A stretch of 64,000 nt of DNA from a virus (Duplodnaviria; Caudoviricetes): IMG/VR virus record IMGVR_UViG_3300032335_000777, positions 32,001 through 96,000 of that record, one strand, 5' to 3'. This document shows, in pieces, positions 10,201 through 19,200 of this stretch. The position numbers and the translations under genes were made by a program. Every line of letters starts with the position of its first letter. Within the stretch, counting starts at the first letter, position 1. The notes beneath the pieces were generated by a model that was not told the origin of the DNA, did no database searches, and saw only the letters and a program-made list of their open reading frames with translations.

Positions 10201-13200
10201 AACCATTTCATTTTTGGAAAGAATTCCATCATTTGAAAGTTTGGTGAAGTCTTTCACTAACATAGTTTTTCCACTTGTGATGTCAACCACAATTGTTTTT
10301 GGTCCACTAGCAGTCATAGAACTTACGTATTGATATCTTCTCATCTTCACAAAATCTTTATTAGCTTGATTCATGAATGAGTATTTGTTATTGAGAGATA
10401 TCAACTTTCCACTTCCTGGAGTTATTCCATTTGTGATGGATGAAAGGAATGTGTCTGTCTTACCATAATCAATTTGTAATCCAAGCCCTGAATCTACAGT
10501 TCTGTATCTAGGACTAATCTCAGGGACAATGGTACTGTCAGAGAAATTGTTTCTGTAGAATAATCCTTCCTTGTTGAATGCCTCAAGTTCTGAAGATGGT
10601 TGTAAGACATTTATTACAGGAGCAATGATTGCAGCTCTGTCTTCAACAGGAACAATTGGTGCAATTGATAAATTGGTATCCATTGTTCCTTGTAGAATAG
10701 AAAGTTTTACCAAGTCATTGTAGAACTCTGGCTCTAGTTCTTTCAATTCTCTCATCATTCCTATATGCATATCTACATCAACAGCATCTGTAGGTTTCAC
10801 CTTTAAGGAAACTGTTACAGGACCATTCTCTTGTAGTGAACTTACAGGAACTAGATTGGATAAAAGGTTTGATGTAGGATATTTCTTCTTAAGCTTAAGT
10901 AGTCTAGAAGCTACACTATTTTCTCCTGTGAATAAGTTTTTACTATCATCAGGGAATATGGATGTAGATCTTGTTTGAATTAAGAAATCTAAGAATGAAG
11001 ACTTAAGCTTCTTAGCCACATAATTGAAATCATCTTCTGACATGTATTCATTATCATAGAATGGCTCCATGACATCATCAATGTATTGATCAATGCCTTG
11101 TGAATCAAGTTTCATTATAGCACCAAGAGATTTCAATTCTTCTCGAAGTAGTCTAACTTGTTCACCAATGAATGTGTCATTCATAACTTTTTCAATAGAA
11201 GAGACAATGTTAGTTTCTATGGCAGATGTTGTTCTTGTCATCTTTCTTTTGAAACCTTCATAGTTTGTCACTCTAGTGGTGTCATAGTTATATGCTTGAG
11301 TGAATTTGAAATTCAATTGAGCAAGCTTAGCAAGCTTTAGGAACTCATTGAATATAGCAACCTGCTTAGCATTAAACTCAGCAGAAGCCTTAGTGCCTTC
11401 TGGTCTGTTTGCATTCTCTCTAATTAAGTTTAACAGATTCTGCTTTGATTTCTCAAAATCGATCTTTCCATCAACGTCTTTTTCAAACTCATTAGACAAG
11501 TCATAAGATTCATCTTCACTACTTGGGAATTTAGAATAAGTGTATTCAAGATTATCCTTACCAAATAACGATCTACTCTTAATCTTATCAATATTTTTTA
11601 AGTGCTCTATAATGATTGGTTGGTTCAAGAAGTATGCTGTAAGTTCACCAGCACCAATTCTTTCCATCAACATTGCAGTTCCAACAACTAAGTCACTTTG
11701 AATAAGCTTCAAGATGTATGGATCTTTAGCAACGTCCACAAATGATGTAGCATATCCAGATAGTCTATCAGAGATGAATTCATCTTTTCCATCAGCAGTT
11801 TTTAGACCACCTAGAGAGATCATCTCTTTACCATCAACAGTTGTAGTGTTGTGAGGAATTGCTAAGCTGAGATCGCCTAAGAATCCTCTGTCATAATCAG
11901 AAAGTTTGTCTAGTAATCTAGAATCAAAATACAATCCAACCTTCTGACCAATTGCGTGACCAGTGATGTTTACAGCTGCAATACCCACCCACTTCTTACC
12001 CATCAAGAATGCTTGTCTCAAAGAAGTCATGAAGCTTCTAGAAACTAGTTTATTCTTAACGTCAGCTTCTTTGTTGTTTGTGGCATCATCAAGAATGTCA
12101 GCCACCTTTGATAATCCTGCATCACTTACTGGTGACATCAATCTTTCAAAGTTTCCAGGAAGTGTAACTAGGTCTTGTAAGATTTCATAATATCTGTTCT
12201 CTAAAGACTTCTTGTACATTTTCTGTACATACGCATTCTTTAGATTGCTATCAAACTTTTCTTTAGATAGATCTTCAAACTTGGTGGCAAGTCTACCCAT
12301 TTGATCACCAACATAATCAGCAGGAGTCATTCCTTTAGAAAGAGCTTGCTCTTCCATCTCATTAATTATTTCTCTGTGATTGATGTAGAAATTATAAAGA
12401 TCTTCACCAAGTAGAGTCTCAAGTGATTCAGCAGTTACGTTAGATGGATCTTCGATGGTTTCAGCAGCTTCAAATATCTCAAGCACCTTATCTCTAAATT
12501 CATCATATCTAGAAATACTATCTAGTTGCTTTTGAATACGATCTTCGTACACCTTAGTATAGAATTCCATTGTAGCTTCTTTGCTACCTTTGTATTCAAC
12601 AGCTTTGATATTTCCATTCACGTCAACATACACTGATTTAAGGTACATGTTGAGTTTATCAATATCAAAGTCAGATCCTGCTTTGGCTACAATCTCAGAA
12701 GGTACAACAACTGTAGATCCCATAGATGAATCAAGGAATCCTGCAATCTTGAACACCTCTGTAGAAGATGTTGCCTGGTGAGGAATACGAGCTCCTACAC
12801 CAAACAAAATCTTTTGATTCTCTGGCTTATTCAAATATTCAAAAATAGCCTTATCATCAGGGAACTTAGTCTTATCAGTGAAATACTTTTTCCAGAAGTT
12901 TGGAATCATTACTTCCATGTATCTCTTTCCATCCTCATTCTCATAGAACTTAAGAGCATCACTAGAAAGTACAACACTACTCTTATCTTGTTCAGATAGA
13001 GCATCATATTGCTTTCTAGTAATTTCTACATATCCATCTTTTGTTTTTCTTAATATCTTTCTTCCCTCTTTTGCATTCTCCCAAAGTGTAGCTGGAACCT
13101 GAACGTGAGGTTTACCATTCATCTGTGGAGAGATGAGAGACTTATTAATCATTGATATAAGAACACTTCTAATCTGTTCGTATGCAGAAGATGCTTCAAA

Positions 13201-16200
13201 TGGCATATTGAACTCACCATTCTCATTAAGACGTATTGTGTCAATTACATTTTGTGACACTTGTCTTCTCAACAACTCATACTCAAGTTCTCTAGATATT
13301 TTTACGTTGTCTACAACTACGTAATTACCATTCAGATCTTCTAGACCAAGTTTGTTCAAAAACTCTTCGTAAGCATTCTGATGCATCTCCTTGAAGATTT
13401 TAATCTTCTCTTCAGCAAGAGCTGTTGCACCTTCCATACCTTCAACTTCCTTACCATTCTCGAACATATCCATTGTGTCGTTCTTGGTAAGTTGAGATAC
13501 TCTAGTTTGAAGTTTACCTTCTTCGTAAGAGTTTTCCACTTGGATACCATAAGTTTTCCAAGCTACGTTCTCAATAGTTTCTTCTCCAAACTTTGCATTG
13601 TTGTAATCACCGTTTCCATTGTACAAGTTATGCCCTTGACGAGCACCTTCTTTTCTTGAAGACTTGTAAGAAACATATCCCACCTTCTCATTCAACATCT
13701 GTACATACAAGTTCTCAAGGTTTGTACCCTCTACCATCTTGTATGTAATAGGCATTTGAGAGAACTTGTCAAGGATGCCTTCTATTCTATTTAGTCCAGC
13801 TTTAGAACCAGATACAATAGGCTTCAGCACCTCTGTAACAAATGGAGGTTGTGGTTTAGTAATTAGTTTTTGATCATGCTTTTTAAGTGCCTCACTCTTG
13901 TATTCATACAATCCTTTAGCAGACATCTTCTGTCTAGCATAAGCTTGATTCCATTGGAACCAAGGTTCAGCAAGATCATTTGACCATTCACCATTCTTAA
14001 GCTTCACTTCTCTATAAGCACCATCAATGATCACTGAGAAACCATCAGCTTCATCATATCCTCCAAACTTCTTAATAAACTTAGAGAATGGGTTTACATC
14101 ATTTAGTGTAGCAGTTTTAACGTATGACTTAAATGTATAACGAAACTTATCATCTGCTTCTAGAGATAGGTCTTCTGTTACATCATTGAATCTATTATTT
14201 AGAAACTTATTGAATTCTGGATGATCAATAGTTACTCTTCTAGGAGATAGCCAAGACTTGATACGCTTGGTTTCATCTAGTTTACCATTTTTAATTTTGA
14301 ATTGATAAGGATCGCCAAATATAAATTTGTGCATTTCAATGTTTGCAATCATGTAGTTCATGTTTACAAACGAAAGCACCTGCATCATCTCGTCTTCAGA
14401 TAATGAATTTCTATTCAATTCATTAGTTTGAGCAAACTTGCTATCTAAAGTTTCATATCTATAACCCTCTGAATTTTTTGTCACTTCACCAGAATTAATC
14501 AAATCTTTCAGTGTTGATTGATTTAGACTAGTGATTGTATTTCTAATAGAATTTTCTAGAGCTTCATCACTAACAAGAGCTAGAATGTCCTTTCTAGATT
14601 TACCTTCTTTAATAGCTTTATGTATCTCTTCAACAAGTGGTGCATCAAGAATATCTTTGAAGAATCTAAGTTCTTTAGCGTTATCTTTTGCAGAAGCAAG
14701 TTTTGATCTTGTTTCCCAATCAAGGGCCAAATCAACCTCATCTTCTAAGTATCCCTTGAAGATGCTCTTGATTTTTGTAAATGCTCTTTCAGCATCGTTG
14801 TTGAATAGTTCATACTCAACCATTGATCCTAGATTCAGCATTCTTTCTGTAGAAGAGTCTGCTGGTACTAAGATGTAATAGTTACCATTTATGTTTTGAT
14901 TGATTTCAACAGTGAATCTGTCACCCTTTGTCAAAGATGATATGGATAGTCCTCTATCAGTAGTCTCATCTTTCAATCCATCAATTACACCAATCTGTAA
15001 AACTTTACCTTCAATCTTATTACCATTATCATCATAGAACATTCCACCCTTCTTAATCAACAAGCTGTTCTTTGAGAATGCATCTTTTAGCTCTGGTCTT
15101 GCTTCAAATAGTTCATCAAGAGTCATTGCCTCATTGAACTCTGCTTCGAATACAGAAGGAGCGTTACTATCTGTGAAGTTACTTATACGCTTATTCTCTA
15201 TGTTAAATCTAGTTGTATCCTGGTCAGGATTAACTAGTCTAACATACATATCTGCAAGAGTTCTCACATGAGAGTCCACTCCTGAGAACTTGTCTCCAGA
15301 TAATGAAGCATATCCATTTGGACCCATTTCATATATCTTGGTTACAGCATTATCAAACCTCTTATTAAGTTTCTCATCATTATTTATCTTTTCAATAAAG
15401 CTTAATGGGAACTCAATGCCTATATTCTTCAGATAGTTTTGTACAGCCTGTGGCTTAAGAAGACCTTCTTTAGTTGGATATTCTTTTTGGTCTTTATTAA
15501 TTGCGTAAAGTGTTATTCCTTTGTCACCTTTCTTTTTGAAAATAAATGATGTTTCTGATTTAGAAAGTTGTTTTATATTTTGGAACCACTCGTTTCTAGT
15601 TTTATTCAAAGCAGATGTTCTATCACCAGGAGCAGTGAATGATTCAACACCACCATCTCCCTCTCTTTGAATTGCTATTTCAACAAATGGATTACTCTTA
15701 GACATTGATTGAATAAACTGAATATAGAATCTCCAGTCAGCTTCTTCAAACTTGCTATAATCAAGAATTCCATTCTTAGCATCGCCACCAAGTCTATTGA
15801 AGATTCTGTAATAGTTACCATCTTCTTTTACCAGATCAATAATTTTTTGATCAACTTTTGCCAAGCTTGTATTAGAAAGCTTGTTCAATAGGGTTGCGAA
15901 CGTCTTATTAAAATTGTTTAGAAGACTCAATCCCTTCACTGACTTAGATCTTAGCAGCTTAGGAGCAGTACCTTCTGGATAAACAGTTTCAGCTGCTGGG
16001 TTAGAAGCCAATACAAACTTCACAGAGAACCTCATGTTCTTTTTGAAGTCTATTTCAAAGGCTTCAGCAGCATAGAGTCTATCAGTTTGGCTAGCATCAT
16101 TTGTACTAACCACACCTTCAGTGTCAATATTTATACCCATTGTTCTAATTAGATCTTTTGATCTCAAGAACAAATCTTTGAAAGCCTCTTCTCCAAGAAG

Positions 16201-19200
16201 TTCTATGTTGTCAGTATATTCACTTCTCAAGAAATTGTACACTTCTTTTCCAGTGACAGATCTTGGATTGAATAGTTTTTCCAATCCATCAGTGTTGTTT
16301 CTATTGAAGATGTATTCAGACATTGTAATAGTCATGTCCTGAACAATTGCCCAAGCCTCATCTTCAGATAATACACTACCATCTGCTATACTTATCTTTC
16401 TGTATTCAGGAGCTGCTGATTTAGCTTCTTCTGAAACAACATAATCTTTGAACTTACCTGTATCAATAGACTTGAACAAATCATCTTTGAGAGATGGCTT
16501 TGCAACAAAGCTTTTGAAGAAGTCAACAATAGCCTTGAAGAAGTTTCTTATCTTCTCAGACAATGTTCTAGCTGGCAGCTTACCAAGTCTATAGTCAGCA
16601 AAGTCATCAGCAATACGTTCTTTAGCTTGTCTATCTGTAGCATTACTGTATGCAACAAGTTGACCACTTTCTCTATCAAGGAAACTACCACGCTTAGATT
16701 TAAACTCATCTAGAATAGCTTGTCTCTCGCCTTCTGTCAAGAATGCTTTCCATACACCTTCAAAGACTTCGTGATATTCTGTACCACTCAAACCACGTCT
16801 GAAGAACTTAGCAACTCCGCCTTCAAATACACCCCATGCCTTAGAACCATCATGTAGTGTGATGATGTTCTCAAGGATTTCAAATGGTATGTTAGGAACA
16901 TTCTTTGCATGCCAAGCTTTGAATGCTTCAATGTCTCTATCACTTATTCTTCCACCACGTTCACCAGTACGAACTTTTCTAGTTTCCTCATCTTTAACAC
17001 CAGACTTAAATCCTGATAGTCCTTTCTTTTCTTTAGGTGCTTCTTTTTCAACAGGTGCAGGAGCTTCAGTAGGTGCAGATTCTTCAATAGTTGGTTCAGT
17101 AGTTTCAGAAACAGGAGCCTCTGGAGCAACAGGAGCTGGAGCTGGTGCTTCATTAATTGCAGCTTCCACTTTACTTGCTGCTTCACCAATGTAGAACACT
17201 GTTGCTGCATCAAAATCATTTAGTCCTTCTGTTGCTGTAGGATATTTCTTTCTAGCAACTTCAATCTTTTTAGGATTGTCAGCAAACTTCTGTATTGTCT
17301 CTGCATTAGTTTCTGGAGAGATTGCATCAATTTCAATTTCACCACTTGGTAGAATGTTAGCTTTGAAACTAAACTCACCACCAAACATGGTTACAGTGTT
17401 TACAGTGCCATCGTTAAGAGTGTATGGTCCCACTGTAACAGGAACGTCAGATTCAATTATATCTGATGGTCTTACTGGAGCACCTGAGCTAGAAGGGCTT
17501 GGGGGATCTTGTTCTTTCTCACTTGGTACATATCCTTCATCACCTGTCTCAAAGTTAATCAGCGTAGCATACTTACCTGCAAATGCGTAAGGTTGTGCTT
17601 CTGTAGGATTTGCAATTGTTACAAATGGAATCTCATCTGTAGTTCTGTCTTTACCAGAGGCAAGATAGGATTGATAGTTTGGCCATTCTCTTTCTTGTAA
17701 CTTACCATCTTCAAGGAAGTATTCAAAGAATGGACTTTCTAGTCTCAATGTTTTAGCATTGGCAGAATGATACATCTCAGAAAGCTGAGCAACAATCTCT
17801 TGTTCTTTAGAAGCGATTTCTGAGAACTTATATGATTGTGATCCAAGCTTAAGAGTGAGGTTTTCTGTGTCAAACCAAAACTGATTATCTTTTGCGTTTT
17901 CTGTAATCTTCTTATAGTTGAGAACATTCTTCAAGAACAATAATTTGTTCTTGTCAAACTGAGGAGCTTTACCTTCGCTAGCATCCTTCTCAAGCTTTGT
18001 TATAATAGACTTAATAAGTTCGTATGCTGTAGCAGCTTTCTTCTTACCAAGCTTATTATTGTTTAGATATTGTAATAGGTCACCATTTTGAATGTAGACA
18101 AGTCCTTTTTTAGAATTTACAATCTTACCATTGTATGAAATAGTATCAGTGGTAACAACATTTATAAGTCCTGGAATAGTAGCTATTGCAGTTTCATCAA
18201 CTAAAGAACTAGTTACAGGATTCTTTTTATATACACCACCCTCTTTTTTTGTATTAGCAAAACCTGCTGAAACTCTAAATTCAAGAGTTGGAGGAACTGT
18301 AGAAGGCTTCATAAGTTCTACACGTCTGTTTCTCCAAATCTTTGCAAACTTTACAAAGTCATCCTTCTCATTCGTTCTATATCTATCATTTCCTCTACTA
18401 TCTGTAATAGATGTGCTAGGCATTGTTTGGAATATAACCTTTCCAAGATCAGTAGGTTGACCCACTTCACCAATGCGCTTACCATCCTGATCTACAAAGT
18501 ATCTCTTCTTACCATCAATCTCAACAAATACCATTGCTACGAATCCATTGTCTTCATTCATGACTCTGGATTCAAAAGCAGCTTTATCAGCATCCACTTG
18601 CTCTTGTGTCATTTTGTATGACAAAGCTGTAATGCCAGATAGGCCAAGAGATTCTTCTTGGCTGTATGTAAATACAATTGCTCTAAGCTTATTTCTATTC
18701 TTAAATTTTCTGATTTTATTTAAGAAAATTCTTGATCTTGTTACATGAGGCTCTGACTTAGAAGTGTCAGCAAATTCCTCAGACTCTGTAATACTAGAAT
18801 CAAAGAAATCTATAGCACTTTTCATTCTACCAGTTTCGCCTGTATCAACTCTTTCTCCAACATCTTCTGGGAGAGTGCCTACAGGGAATGGTTCGTTGTC
18901 AGAAATATCTTCTTGTTGTTTATCAAGAGAGCTACTAGATTCTTTAATCTTATCAGCTATTTCTTTTGCCTTAGCTTGTTTTTCAAGCAGTTCTTTAGTA
19001 AGTCTTTTAAATCTATTTATAACAGCTGCACTGATCTTTTTATCACCAAGAGAGTTAATGTATTCAAGTTTGTTTACGCCTTCTCCTGGCTTCTCATATA
19101 TGTCTCTGAAGGCAGGATATTGAAGTACATCATCAATAGATTGATTCAATGCATCTTCAAGTTCCTGAGAAGTGTTATCCTCTTCAGTGATGTTGTATTT

